From assembly GCA_965203805.1 (NCBI GenBank), contig OZ241917.1, forward strand, positions 3,840,001 to 3,904,000: a stretch of DNA of 64,000 bases. Direction: 5' to 3'. The notes beneath the pieces were generated by a model. The model ran no database searches, had not been told where the DNA came from, and saw only the letters and a list, made by a program, of their open reading frames with translations. Of the stretch, positions 1 to 9,692 are shown piece after piece. The first letter of the stretch is position 1. Each line of letters begins with the position of its first letter. Position numbers and translations under genes: made by a program. Source of the stretch: Candidatus Latescibacterota bacterium. GTDB taxonomy: Bacteria; Latescibacterota; UBA2968; GCA-2709665.

Positions 1-1
1 T

Positions 2-271
2 TTTGACGAGGATGGAAACGTCACGAAAAACGCCGGGGCCCTGCCCTGCTGGGATGAACCCAGGCCGCCGAAGACGGCGCTGGACAGCGCGTTCGGATTC
101 GCGTGTCGAAACGGCCACGCGACCATCGCGAAGGTCCTGTACGAACGCGGCGCCGATCCGGGATGGGTGAATCCGGCCGGTGAATCCGCATATCAACAGG
201 CGAAGACGGGCGGACACAGGATCGTCATGGACTGGATGAAAACCCGCGGCATCGCGCCCGACGACGCATGA
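2..271 (+). CDS. Ankyrin-repeat protein, C-terminal part (5'-partial)
   Basis: Manual translation gives ...KTALDSAFGFACRNGHATIAKVLYERGADPGWVNPAGESAYQQAKTGGHRIVMDWM..., with ankyrin-like ACRNGH..IAKVL..GAD repeats. Stop TGA at 269-271. Confidence 0.75.
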   Translation, partial: FDEDGNVTKNAGALPCWDEPRPPKTALDSAFGFACRNGHATIAKVLYERGADPGWVNPAGESAYQQAKTGGHRIVMDWMKTRGIAPDDA

Positions 272-437
272 ATCCGGATACGGGGCAACGTGGAGTCAAC
301 GTCAAATACGTTCTCTGACCGGATTTGGCGCTGCAACGTTTTAAGTGAATCGGGTAACCGCAAACGGTAGGAAGAATGTGTATCGTGCACGGTTGCCGCC
401 ATTGCTGGTCGAAGTAGCTGTCTTCGAGCTTCTCGTG

Positions 438-465
438 TTGACAGATCGACAATGAGAACTATATT
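438..465 (+). promoter_or_regulatory. Putative sigma70 promoter of the DUF433/DUF5615 pair
   Basis: TTGACA-N16-TATATT about 50 bp upstream of ATG 517. Confidence 0.45.
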
Positions 466-516
466 TTCAGTGAATTCACCTTAAAGAATGTAGGCTTCTT
501 TCGGGAGCGAATCGTT

Positions 517-741
517 ATGGCCACCTTGATGAAACGTATCACGGTCAATCCGAAACAATGCGGCGGGCGTCCGTGTATTCGGGGCATGCGGATTCGCGTC
601 ACCGACGTGTTGGATCTGCTCGCTCATGATCTTACCCGTGAACAGATTCTGGCTGAGCATCCGGACCTTGAACTCGAGGACATTCGCGCTTGTCTGCGAT
701 TTGCGAGCGATCGGCTTAATCACCCGGTTCTCGCGGCATGA
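517..741 (+). CDS. DUF433-family antitoxin
   Basis: RITVNPKQCGGRPCIRGMRIRV...EHPDLELEDIRACL is the DUF433 signature. ATGA overlap with the next gene. Confidence 0.9.
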   Translation: MATLMKRITVNPKQCGGRPCIRGMRIRVTDVLDLLAHDLTREQILAEHPDLELEDIRACLRFASDRLNHPVLAA

Positions 742-1079
742 CGCTTTGGCTCGATGCACATATCTCACCTCATCTTGCAGCCTGGATTCGGGATACCGTT
801 GGCTCTGTTGTTGTTCATGTACGAGACCTGGGCCTGAATGAAGCAGAGGATTCCCTGATATTTTCCAGTGCGCGGGAAGCGGACGCGATAGTAATTACCA
901 AGGACCGGGATTTTGTCGAACTATTGAGTCGATTGGGCCCGCCCCCGAAGGTAATCTGGTGTACGTGTGGGAATACTTCGAATGATCGATTGATGACTAT
1001 CTTGTCAAAAACGCTGCCAGATGCCCTAAAGTTGCTGAATCAAGGAGAAGGGTTGGTCGAAATAAGCGACATAGTTTGA
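738..1079 (+). CDS. DUF5615 PIN-like toxin (VapC45-like)
   Basis: LWLDAHIS...HVRDLGL..AED..IF...IVITKDRDF...PPKVIW. Coupled to the DUF433 gene. Confidence 0.88.
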   Translation: MTLWLDAHISPHLAAWIRDTVGSVVVHVRDLGLNEAEDSLIFSSAREADAIVITKDRDFVELLSRLGPPPKVIWCTCGNTSNDRLMTILSKTLPDALKLLNQGEGLVEISDIV

Positions 1080-1182
1080 CTTTTTTCACCAGACCATTCC
1101 GACAAGGCGCTAGACGTGAATCCGGAGATACCTTCTCTCGTCTTTATAGGCGGCGAATCCCGGGGCGGATGCGCCGAAACAA

Positions 1183-1208
1183 GGGCAACCACAAGGGTTG
1201 CCCCTACA
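1183..1208 (-). repeat. REP-like GTAG hairpin, copy 1
   Basis: Minus strand reads TGTAGGGGCAACCCTTGTGGTTGCCC. A near-identical copy with compensatory changes is at 22588-22613. Confidence 0.7.
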
Positions 1209-1331
1209 TATCACAGTGACGTGGACGGTATTTGATAGATGGGAAATGCGATTGATGAATTGCGGTCCGGGCCTATGGGATCATCTCTCTTGATTTGTTC
1301 CTTGTGCCTTTGCGTCTTTGTGTGAGGCTGC

Positions 1332-2372
1332 CTATGTCTTCTCCACTAAGGCGCAGGGAGATTGTGTTTCCGTGAACCGCTGGAGCACCTGATCCGGTGA
1401 CGCGGCGCCGGTTGTGCCGATCTGCTGGATCGTAATGGAAGACACCAGCACGCCGACCCGCGCGGCATCGACGTACGACGCGCCTGCACATAACGCGGAG
1501 ACAATCCCGGCGGAGACGCTGTCTCCCGCGCCCACGATGTCGATGGGACCGGGCACCGGGATGCCTGGAATGCGGTGAATCGCGTTCCCATCGACAGAGA
1601 GGATACCGTCCGGACCAAGCGTGACGTATACGGGTCGTCCGGTACGCGCGGAAAGGGACCGGATTGCGGCGTCCAGGCGCCCCGCACCTTTCGCGCCGGA
1701 ATCGCCGGATGACGCCGTGAGCGCCTCCTCGCGGTTGACCTTGACGATCACCTTCTTGAACCGGCCGATTCGCGAACGGGAATCCGCGAGGAAAACGACA
1801 TCGGGGCGCGCGCCAGCAAGGCGTGCGATTCCCTCGCGAACGCGATCCGTAATCACGCCGCAATTGCGTTCCCGGACCTGGTCGAGTACAATGACGCCGT
1901 GGACCTCGCCAAGCAGATTCTCAAGGGCGGTGAGGATGCGGTCTTCCAAGCCTTGTGGAAGGGGCGAGCGATTCTTGATATCGAGTCGCTCCATCTCCTG
2001 TCCGGTCGAACTGAGAACCGGTTTGGTGTAGGTTGGCGTGACCCGCCCCGGGATTTCCATCAGTTGCCGCGTATCCACGCCCGTCGCCCGCAGGCCCGCC
2101 TTCAGATCGTACCCCTGCCCGTCATCGCCGATCACCCCGAGCGCCCGGATCCGACCCACGCCAAGGCCGTTGAGATTACTGGTGACGGTCCCCGCCGCGC
2201 CGGGCCGGTTTCGGATCTGTACGACCTGCCGGGCTTCGAGCCCGGTTTCCAGTGAGACTTCAGCGAGGTCCGGATCCACGATGAGATAGCGATCCAGGAA
2301 AAAGTCACCGATAACCAGAATGGCCAGATCGGAAAACCTGTTCAGCAACTCTTGCAGATCGGAATGGGTCAT
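1332..2372 (-). CDS. PfkB-family carbohydrate kinase (RfaE/HldE kinase domain-like)
   Basis: LVIGDFFLDRY, PGAAGTV..NL..LG and the PfkB motif DIVGAGDS. Confidence 0.85.
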   Translation of the reverse strand: MTHSDLQELLNRFSDLAILVIGDFFLDRYLIVDPDLAEVSLETGLEARQVVQIRNRPGAAGTVTSNLNGLGVGRIRALGVIGDDGQGYDLKAGLRATGVDTRQLMEIPGRVTPTYTKPVLSSTGQEMERLDIKNRSPLPQGLEDRILTALENLLGEVHGVIVLDQVRERNCGVITDRVREGIARLAGARPDVVFLADSRSRIGRFKKVIVKVNREEALTASSGDSGAKGAGRLDAAIRSLSARTGRPVYVTLGPDGILSVDGNAIHRIPGIPVPGPIDIVGAGDSVSAGIVSALCAGASYVDAARVGVLVSSITIQQIGTTGAASPDQVLQRFTETQSPCALVEKT

Positions 2373-2384
2373 AACGACAACGGG

Positions 2385-3281
2385 TTATCCCGCAAGCGTT
2401 CCGGCGGATGGATCCTGCGGATCGAGAAGATAGTCGACGAGGTTCTCCTGGCTCCGAAAATCCGGGACGATCAGATCCGCCCCCGCCTGGATCAGACGTT
2501 CGCGTTTCCAGGCATTCACACCCCGACGTCGGGCCTCGTCCGACGCGACCCCCACGGCCGTTCCACCCGCTGACTTGACATTTTCGATCTCCACGTATCC
2601 GTCGCCGAAGCCCAGCAACTCCCTGCCCCGAATCCCCTCAGTGGCAATCAGATCCCGGATCACTCTTTCTTTGGAAAAATCCTGATATTGATCCCGTGCG
2701 CCGTAGATGCGGTTCTCAAAGAAGGGCGTCAGGCCCAAAAGGGCTGCCTCTTCTTTCACGTAGATTTCGTCGGTCCCGCTTGCCAGGTACAGCGTAAGTC
2801 CCCGGCGTTGCAGGTTGCGAAGAAGATCCAGCGACTTCGGCACCATCAGATCTTCCGCGGGAACCGCGCCGGAACGAAGACGCTGAATGCGGTCCCTTAT
2901 GTGACGATTGAGCCGTTCGTTATAACGGTGTTTGCAGGCGACCGGATCCAGAGGCGCGCCTTCTCGTTTCCGCGCTTCCTCGGCAAGCTGGATCATCTGG
3001 TAGATGGTCTGTTTTCCCGTCAGCCGGTCCACGAAATCCGCGACGACAGACGTCAGTTCGGCTTCGGATTCACCCGAGTTGCATTCGGCAAGGGTTTCGA
3101 CCATCATCGGTACCATGATTTCCCGCCAACCCTGGCGTATCAGCGACAACGTTCCATCGAAATCAAAGAGCACGGAGCGATAGCCGCCCCGCGCAACCCG
3201 CGGGTCGACCAGTTCGATGTCGGACGTCGTCAACGAAACGGAACCCTTCCGTGAAGTCACCACGTACTCCGTTTTTTTCAT
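2385..3281 (-). CDS. HAD-family hydrolase
   Basis: Motif I FDFDGTLS, motif II LASGT and motif IV GFGDGYVE. Confidence 0.85.
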   Translation of the reverse strand: MKKTEYVVTSRKGSVSLTTSDIELVDPRVARGGYRSVLFDFDGTLSLIRQGWREIMVPMMVETLAECNSGESEAELTSVVADFVDRLTGKQTIYQMIQLAEEARKREGAPLDPVACKHRYNERLNRHIRDRIQRLRSGAVPAEDLMVPKSLDLLRNLQRRGLTLYLASGTDEIYVKEEAALLGLTPFFENRIYGARDQYQDFSKERVIRDLIATEGIRGRELLGFGDGYVEIENVKSAGGTAVGVASDEARRRGVNAWKRERLIQAGADLIVPDFRSQENLVDYLLDPQDPSAGTLAG

Positions 3282-3486
3282 GAGCGAACCGGATCTGCAA
3301 AACGGCGTTGTGCCGGAAGGCGCAATCTAATTGCGCATCCGCAATTGTCAAGGTGTTTAACCCGTCCGAGCCTTCGATTTTGAGATCAAATCTGCTTGTA
3401 AAATTTCAATTGTACATTATCTTAATATCGGTACCTGTTTGGTCATCGAGAGTGAAGGAGGCTGAGGGGCGTTTCAGGGGCTGGCT

Positions 3487-4155
3487 ATGGATCGGCAGGT
3501 TGTGCAGCGTTCATCCACCCGTACGGGTGAATTACAGCTTGCGTCCATTAAAGCCGGCCAGGATACCCATTTCGAACTCATCGTCAACGGTGTCTTCCTG
3601 ATGGCCACCTACAATGCGTCGTCCAATCGCGCATTGATGGAAGCTGTCATGGAAACATCGAAGTCGGGCGGGCACATCGACCTCCTGATCGGTGGTTTGG
3701 GATTGGGAATCTCCCTTCGCCAGGCGCTCGCCTATTCGAATGTGCATTCCGTGTGTGTGGTGGAGCTCGAATCCCGGATTGTCAACTGGAACCGCGAGTA
3801 CCTGGATAATGCCGATGTTCTGAACGATGCGCGTACGGAAGTGGTCGTTGGCGATTTTTACGACTTTATCAAGGGAAATCCCCGAAGCTATCACGGCATT
3901 GCACTGGATATCGACAACGGTCCCGACTCGGTCGTACGTTCGGAAAACCGGCGCGCATACAGCGTTTCGGCGCTGCAGACCCTGAGAACACGGTTGCGAC
4001 CGGGGGGAACACTGGCGATCTGGAGCCATGCCGTCAACAGTTCTTACGAACGCGCGCTGGACCGTGTTTTCGGCGGGGTGACAAGAAAGCAAACGTGCGA
4101 CCATAACCTGACCGGTAAACCGCTCGAGAGCATCATCTACGCGGTTCGGGCCTGA
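3487..4155 (+). CDS. Spermidine synthase-like class I SAM-dependent transferase
   Basis: LLIGGLGLG, VVELE, LDIDNGP and LRPGG motifs. Confidence 0.8.
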   Translation: MDRQVVQRSSTRTGELQLASIKAGQDTHFELIVNGVFLMATYNASSNRALMEAVMETSKSGGHIDLLIGGLGLGISLRQALAYSNVHSVCVVELESRIVNWNREYLDNADVLNDARTEVVVGDFYDFIKGNPRSYHGIALDIDNGPDSVVRSENRRAYSVSALQTLRTRLRPGGTLAIWSHAVNSSYERALDRVFGGVTRKQTCDHNLTGKPLESIIYAVRA

Positions 4156-4191
4156 CCGGCAGGGGTAGACCACTGGAAAGGAATTTTGTGG

Positions 4192-5496
4192 ATGAACAAA
4201 GACTCACTCACCATTACGGATAATCGCACCGGAAAAACCTACGACGTTCCCATTCTATATGGCACGTACCCCGAATACGGCGCTGCCATTCGTACCGCTG
4301 ACTTGAAGCAGATAAAGGTCTCGGAGGACGATTTCGGGCTTCTCGGGTACGATCCTTCGTATCTGAATACCGGCTCCTGCCAGAGCTCCGTGACATTCAT
4401 CGACGGCGAGAAGGGCATTCTCAGATACCGCGGATATCCAATCGAGCAACTCGCCGAGCGCAGCACCTACCTGGAAACGTCGTATCTGCTGTTGTACGGC
4501 GAACTTCCTGGACGGGCGCAACTGGATGCCTGGAGCGCGTCGGTGATGGAATACGTGAGATCGGAGCCGAAGTTGACTGAATTGGTGAGCGGGTATCGGG
4601 AAGGTTCTCACGCGATGGGTATGATGGTGGGTGTGCTGGGGTCTTTATCCACGTTCTACGACAATTCAAGAGATATCGGCTCGGAAGAGGCGCAGGAACA
4701 GCATGTCCGCCGTCTGATGGGCATGGCGCCCGTGGCCGCGGCAGCCGTGTACCGTCAAAGCCAGGGCCTGGCTCCTGTGGATCCCGACCCGTCATTGGGG
4801 TTCTGCGCCAATTATCTGAAGATGCTGTTTGACGGAACGAGCGCATACAGATCCGATCCAGCCCTTGAACGGGCGCTGGACGTCCTTCTGATATTACACG
4901 CCGATCACGAACAAAACTGCAGTGCCAGCACCATGCGCGGGGTCGGGAGCAGCGGAGCAGACCCGTATTCGGCCGCGGCGGGAGCCGCCGCCGCGCTGTA
5001 CGGCCCGGCACACGGGGGTGCGAACGAAGCCGTTCTAAAGATGTTGAACGAGATCGGATCCGTGGACAATATCCCCGCGTACATCAAGCGGGTGTATAAC
5101 CGCGAAGTCCTCCTGCAGGGCTTCGGGCACCGGGTATACAAGAATTACGATCCCAGGGCCGCGATCATCAAGAAGACTGCCGAGGAGGTATTCGAAGTCA
5201 CCGGAAGGAATCCGCTGATCGATATCGCTGTGGAACTGGAGCGCATTGCGCTTGAGGAAGAGTTTTTCGTATCTCGCAGCCTGTATCCGAACGTGGACTT
5301 CTATTCGGGTATCATCTACCAGGCGATGGGCCTGCCAACGGACATGATGACGGTGATGTTCGCGGTGGGCCGGATGCCGGGGTGGCTCGCGCAGTGGAAG
5401 GAACTGCTGAACGACAAGGAACAGCGTATCGCACGTCCGCGGCAGATTTACACGGGAGAAGATATCAGGGACTATACGTCGATGGGCGAGCGGTAG
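4192..5496 (+). CDS. gltA: Citrate synthase
   Basis: FIDGEKGILRYRGYPIEQLA, HADHEQNCS, HGGANEAV, GFGHRVYKNYDPRA and LYPNVDFYSG. ATG at 4192 follows a GGAAAGGA RBS. Confidence 0.97.
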   Translation: MNKDSLTITDNRTGKTYDVPILYGTYPEYGAAIRTADLKQIKVSEDDFGLLGYDPSYLNTGSCQSSVTFIDGEKGILRYRGYPIEQLAERSTYLETSYLLLYGELPGRAQLDAWSASVMEYVRSEPKLTELVSGYREGSHAMGMMVGVLGSLSTFYDNSRDIGSEEAQEQHVRRLMGMAPVAAAAVYRQSQGLAPVDPDPSLGFCANYLKMLFDGTSAYRSDPALERALDVLLILHADHEQNCSASTMRGVGSSGADPYSAAAGAAAALYGPAHGGANEAVLKMLNEIGSVDNIPAYIKRVYNREVLLQGFGHRVYKNYDPRAAIIKKTAEEVFEVTGRNPLIDIAVELERIALEEEFFVSRSLYPNVDFYSGIIYQAMGLPTDMMTVMFAVGRMPGWLAQWKELLNDKEQRIARPRQIYTGEDIRDYTSMGER

Positions 5497-5524
5497 GAAA
5501 CGGATCTGTCACGACAATGGAAAA

Positions 5525-5559
5525 ACAGGGCGCAAAAGCCGCCGGCTTTTGCGCCCTGT
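5525..5559. terminator. Hairpin terminator between convergent gltA and brnA
   Basis: ACAGGGCGCAAAAGCC-GCC-GGCTTTTGCGCCCTGT, a 16-bp perfect stem. The upstream A-run gives a U-tract on the minus strand. Confidence 0.7.
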
Positions 5560-5617
5560 CCTATGGGCTCTTCAGCACGGCAACGCGCGGAAGGGCCTCT
5601 TTATTTCCTTCCTATCG

Positions 5618-5908
5618 TTAATTCAATGGATGGGTATCCATGTACTCGCGCACGGCATTCTTGATCACTGTTTAAAACCCTCCACCGTGTTTCGTGCAGT
5701 ATTCAAAGGTTTCCCGGTCTATCGGAATCTGCGCCAGTATTTCGGTCTTTTCCCAATCTTCAGCGCTCATGAAAGGTGGCGCGTCCGGGTCGGAACGTGC
5801 AGCTGCGTTCAATTCCTCTTCCGTCAACACAGCGACCCGATTCCAGTCTGTCTTTGAGTCTTCCGGCAGGTCATCACGGGAATATCTCACGATATTTTCT
5901 TCGCTCAT
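5618..5908 (-). pseudogene. brnA: BrnA-family antitoxin with an internal TAA stop (5672-5674)
   Basis: MSEE...SKTDWNRV..LTEEEL...SDPDAP...IDRETFEY..HGGGF*TVIKNAVREYMDTH. The stop lies at the Q of the family G(W/Y)QTRIN..LR.Y motif. Confidence 0.8.
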
Positions 5909-6146
5909 TTCGATTGGCTCTCCGTGCGGAAATGATTCAAAGGCTTCTGTTTCGAATGGCGTATACAACGAAGAGTTCAGTATCTTCAACCCTGCCAACA
6001 GAAATGTACCGAATTTCTCCGTAATATTTCCGGTTATCGATAATCGTGAAAACGGGTCCATCAAAAACGCGCGCCGCGGACAAGAAGCTCACGCCGTGTT
6101 TCTGAATATTCAGCTCATGCTTGCGTTCGTCCCATTCGAATTCCAT
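5874..6146 (-). pseudogene. brnT: BrnT-family toxin with an internal TGA stop (5937-5939)
   Basis: MEFEWDERKHELNIQKHGVSF...YGEIRYISVG...LFVVYAIRNRSL*IISARRANRNERRKY. The stop replaces the R of the RIISAR motif. Confidence 0.85.
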
Positions 6147-6203
6147 AGCAGTCCGTTGAAGTCAAAGATATGGAATTGGCCTTGTGACGTCAAGGTCGGT
6201 GGA

Positions 6204-6971
6204 TCACTCGCCATAGAGTTTTAGCGGGGAAAGCGTAATGAGGGAGGGGTCGTTATCGAGGACGCGGGAGACAAATTCGATCGTGGGCGCGACGCGGAAG
6301 GCCTGCCAGCCCGAGGGACCGACCGAGGTCCGGGTGACGAGACCGGCGGCTCTGACCCGATCGCCCATAACGCTGAAGTCGAATCCGGGCCACATGCGCG
6401 GCTCATCGGCCATTTTGTATTTGCGCTCGACCCAGAGCGCCTGATTGTAGTGGAAGATTGAGCAAACGTTGAAGCCGACACCCATCAGCAGGTAAAGCGC
6501 GTTGCGATCCACCAACCAGTCCCACGGCGAGCCATGACCGAACGCTTTCTCGTCCCATGGGCTCAGGCGAGGCCCGGCGGACCCGTGGCCGCCCATGGCA
6601 TCTCCGGCGTCGGCGCCGATGGCGGCCAGGGAGTCGCAGCAGTGATCGCTACGCACGGCTTCAGGGCGCCGTCGGAAGACTTCGGTAATGTGTCCGACGT
6701 CGGACGGGGATGTACGAATGTCCCAGGCTTCGCGGCGCGTCCGGTACGTGGCGGATTCGCCGTTGACCTTTTGCACGAACGTCGGAACAATCACGGTACC
6801 CGACTCGCCAACGGCTTCGATGGCGCCGTCGATCACGGTATTGGCGCCGCCCTGCACGTAGCCGAAGCTCTTGAGGGAACTGTGAAACAGAAGCGCGTCG
6901 CCCCTTCGAATGCCAAGTGAGGCGAAGCCTTTCAGTAAATCTTCCTTGTGGACCGTCTTCCGGCTTGCCAT
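6204..6971 (-). CDS. AAC(3)/YokD-family N-acetyltransferase
   Basis: LGIRRGD.LLFHSSLKSFG.V.GGA, GTVIVPTF, G.ITEVFR...AVRS.H, SPW and LMGV.F...SIFH. Confidence 0.85.
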   Translation of the reverse strand: MASRKTVHKEDLLKGFASLGIRRGDALLFHSSLKSFGYVQGGANTVIDGAIEAVGESGTVIVPTFVQKVNGESATYRTRREAWDIRTSPSDVGHITEVFRRRPEAVRSDHCCDSLAAIGADAGDAMGGHGSAGPRLSPWDEKAFGHGSPWDWLVDRNALYLLMGVGFNVCSIFHYNQALWVERKYKMADEPRMWPGFDFSVMGDRVRAAGLVTRTSVGPSGWQAFRVAPTIEFVSRVLDNDPSLITLSPLKLYGE

Positions 6972-7172
6972 TAGCGATGTGTGGATTCCGATCTGCGATT
7001 CAGACCGCCGTAAAGCACCGAGGGCGAAATGAACCGGTATTGTTCAGTCCAACGGCGAGGATGCAGCGTCATCTGTCTCTTTCACCGGTGGAAGATAACT
7101 GAAATTTCCCGCCAACCCCGTCTTCAACGAGAATTTCCAGAGACAGAATCTCAACCCTGATCGGGTCTGCAA

Positions 7173-7388
7173 TCAAATCTTTGGCTGATTACGCATTTTC
7201 TTAATTTCGCCAAGGATCTCTTCCAATGTCATATCCTCGAAAATGCGCTCCCTCTCCTGGGTGTAATTACCATAACCAATCGCAAATTGATTGATGAACC
7301 GTATCGTATTCGCAATTCCAATCTCTTTGGAAAGCACTTCAAGGGCGTCCTTGGTTATTTCACTCAAAGCCTTTTCCTGAATCGTCAT
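7173..7388 (-). CDS. Small putative antitoxin of the type found downstream of PIN toxins
   Basis: ALEVLSKEIG..NTIRFINQF..GYGNYT.ER. ATGA overlap with the upstream PIN-like remnant. Confidence 0.6.
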   Translation of the reverse strand: MTIQEKALSEITKDALEVLSKEIGIANTIRFINQFAIGYGNYTQERERIFEDMTLEEILGEIKKMRNQPKI

Positions 7389-7507
7389 TCCTCAATCTCC
7401 GATATGAGTTCGGTGGGAGAAACAAACTGCGCCCAGTAGTTTCCCGATTCATCTGCTTGACTAAGCCATCGTCGATCACTGGCGAAGAATGTGATATGTA
7501 TTACAAG
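7385..7507 (-). pseudogene. C-terminal remnant of a PIN-domain toxin
   Basis: 40 codons bounded upstream by an in-frame stop at 7508-7510, with no ATG: LVIHITFFASDRRWLSQA...FVSPTELISEIEE*. Resembles the PIN F.T.D..L..A and V.P.E tail. Confidence 0.5.
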
Positions 7508-7564
7508 TCATTGATTTTATTCGCTTTTTCTGATCAAATGGTCTCTCTTATGAGAATTTCGATT

Positions 7565-7593
7565 TTGACAGATGAACAAATGTATAGTATATT
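7565..7593 (+). promoter_or_regulatory. Putative sigma70 promoter of darG-darT
   Basis: TTGACA-N17-TATATT. Confidence 0.6.
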
Positions 7594-7735
7594 AACACAG
7601 GTAATCTATCCGAGTCAGTTTTAGTTTTTTTGCCGCTGAATGGCCCCTGAGAAAAGGAATTGACCGATTTTTGCATTGAGCGCTATACTACATTCAGTCA
7701 TATACAATCGCTCAAATTAGAAAGGTCAAAGGATA

Positions 7736-8665
7736 ATGATCACCTACGTGTTAGGGAATTTGTTCGAATCCCCGGCTCGGGTTCTTGTGAATACGGTTAA
7801 TACCGTAGGGGTCATGGGCAAAGGAGTCGCGAAGGATTTCAAGCGGATATACCCAGAGATGTTTCGTGAATATCAGAAGCATTGCGAAACGAAACGGCTT
7901 ACGGTGGGTAAGCTCTGGCTCTACAAAACTCCAAACAAATGGATTCTCAATTTTCCAACTAAGACAACCTGGCGTAAACCATCGGAAATAGAATACATCG
8001 AGAGTGGCTTAAGTACCTTCGTAAGGGAATATGCGAAACGAGGTATAACTAGCATAGCGTTTCCACCTTTGGGATGTGGAAACGGTGAACTGGATTGGGA
8101 ACGACAGGTCCAACCTTTGATGGTAAGGTACCTGGGAAAGCTCCCGATTGACATTTTTGTGCATATATATGGACAGGGTCCGATAGTTCCAGAACATAGA
8201 GACATGAAAACAATGGCGAGTTGGTTAAGGTCCGATCTTGAATCTCTAGGGTTTTTGGAGGTATGGAAGGATTTGACTGAAATGATCGGATCTGGTATAG
8301 ATTTAAGTACAATGCCTGATCGCGAAATCTTCCACGTTGAGGTTATTTCTGAACTCGACGAACTGGGAATCTGTTTTCATATCGACAACCAGAAAACCTT
8401 TATCCCAGAAGAGGAGATACTTGAACTGTGGACTGCAATCCGAAATTGCGGCTTTGTCATTCCGTCAATTATGCCAGCAGGTTTAGATGAAATTTCGAAT
8501 CAGTTAGTCGCACTTTTTTCGAAACTACCTTATTGTCGGCCGGTGTCAGCTAGCAATGACTATTTCACATTGCGTTCACGCCACAGCATTGGGCTTCAGC
8601 TGTTACCTCAAGCAGTTCCACCTAAGATATTTGAGCAATTCCCTTTTGAGTTTAAACCAGTATGA
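7736..8665 (+). CDS. darG: DarG-like macrodomain ADP-ribosylglycohydrolase with a C-terminal extension
   Basis: GNLFES...LVNTVNTVGVMGKGVA..FK..YPEMF, WILNFPTK..WR.PS..EYI..GL and SIAFPPLGCGNGELDW. Confidence 0.88.
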   Translation: MITYVLGNLFESPARVLVNTVNTVGVMGKGVAKDFKRIYPEMFREYQKHCETKRLTVGKLWLYKTPNKWILNFPTKTTWRKPSEIEYIESGLSTFVREYAKRGITSIAFPPLGCGNGELDWERQVQPLMVRYLGKLPIDIFVHIYGQGPIVPEHRDMKTMASWLRSDLESLGFLEVWKDLTEMIGSGIDLSTMPDREIFHVEVISELDELGICFHIDNQKTFIPEEEILELWTAIRNCGFVIPSIMPAGLDEISNQLVALFSKLPYCRPVSASNDYFTLRSRHSIGLQLLPQAVPPKIFEQFPFEFKPV

Positions 8666-9663
8666 CGAAGTATTTAAAACAAAATGCGGAGAAAATCGTT
8701 GCTCACTTTCGGTCAATTAAACAAGAGGATTGGTTACAAGAATCGCAACGTTGGTGGCCAGGCCACTTGTTCCACTTCACGGATCTGACAAATGCGGCGA
8801 AGATTCTTTGTGATGGCAAATTATCGTCTCGCTCCCAGCTGGAACGAACGGGAGGTTTGATTACGGACATTGCAAGCCCCGAGATAATTTCATCTACAGG
8901 TTCGCAATGGAAAGAGTATGTGCGATTCTATTTTCGGCCGCGCACACCTACACAATACAGAAACGAGGGTTTTCGCCCAGTTTGCAAGCGGGAATTTGGA
9001 GCTCATTGCCCCGTACCAGTTAGTTTTATTTTTGATGCCGAACCAATCCTGACGAACAAGACTACTCTGTTTAGTATTGGAAATTTGGCCGCTGGAGCCG
9101 AGACAGGACACACTGCTGATTTCTTCCAATCGCTCCCCTTCGAGAAGATTTATCATGATCGTAGTTTGTGGGAAATGAATGAAAGTGAAAAGCGCAATAT
9201 TGTCTTCCATCGCCATGCGGAAGTTATAGTCCCGAACTTTATTGATCTATCCACTTTAAAGCTGATCAGTTGTCGGTCCCAAGCCGAATTTGAGACTCTG
9301 ATTTATTCGCTTCCATGGAGAGTGAAACAAAAGTGGTCAAGACACATTGGTGTCAGTCGGAGTTCAATGCTGTTCTTTGGACAATGGCCCTTTTTGGAAA
9401 GAGCTGATCTCAGTATATCGACCAACTCTTTCAGTTTCAACCCATCGGCGAACACTGGTCCTTTTCATGCGAAGATTGAACTTACAGAGACCAGGACAGA
9501 GAAGATTTATGTATGGGAGAAGAAAGACTTCCACGCGAGCGGTACGTTGTCGCTTGACCTGCCAAATTTAGCTAATCCAGAGAGCTATACCGTGAAATTT
9601 TCGCTTGATGGTCATTTGGCTTACGAAAACCGATATTTGGATGATTCAGCGTTACCTTTTTGA
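8662..9663 (+). CDS. darT: DarT-like (DUF4433) DNA ADP-ribosyltransferase toxin
   Basis: LFHFTDLTN...IL..G.LSSR, YVRFYFRPRTPTQYRNEG, FSIGNLA and HAEVIVP, which carries the expected catalytic Glu. ATGA overlap with the macrodomain gene. Confidence 0.85.
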   Translation: MTKYLKQNAEKIVAHFRSIKQEDWLQESQRWWPGHLFHFTDLTNAAKILCDGKLSSRSQLERTGGLITDIASPEIISSTGSQWKEYVRFYFRPRTPTQYRNEGFRPVCKREFGAHCPVPVSFIFDAEPILTNKTTLFSIGNLAAGAETGHTADFFQSLPFEKIYHDRSLWEMNESEKRNIVFHRHAEVIVPNFIDLSTLKLISCRSQAEFETLIYSLPWRVKQKWSRHIGVSRSSMLFFGQWPFLERADLSISTNSFSFNPSANTGPFHAKIELTETRTEKIYVWEKKDFHASGTLSLDLPNLANPESYTVKFSLDGHLAYENRYLDDSALPF

Positions 9664-9692
9664 ACCATCTCACATCGTTTGATTTTGGATTC

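Noticed and set aside
5672-6064. 130-aa ORF as a single protein
   Set aside because: Its first part overlaps brnT out of frame. BrnA-like sequence starts at ATG 5908.
6204-6971. Aminoglycoside resistance gene
   Set aside because: Family membership alone (AAC(3)/YokD) does not establish resistance, and there is no resistance-cassette context.
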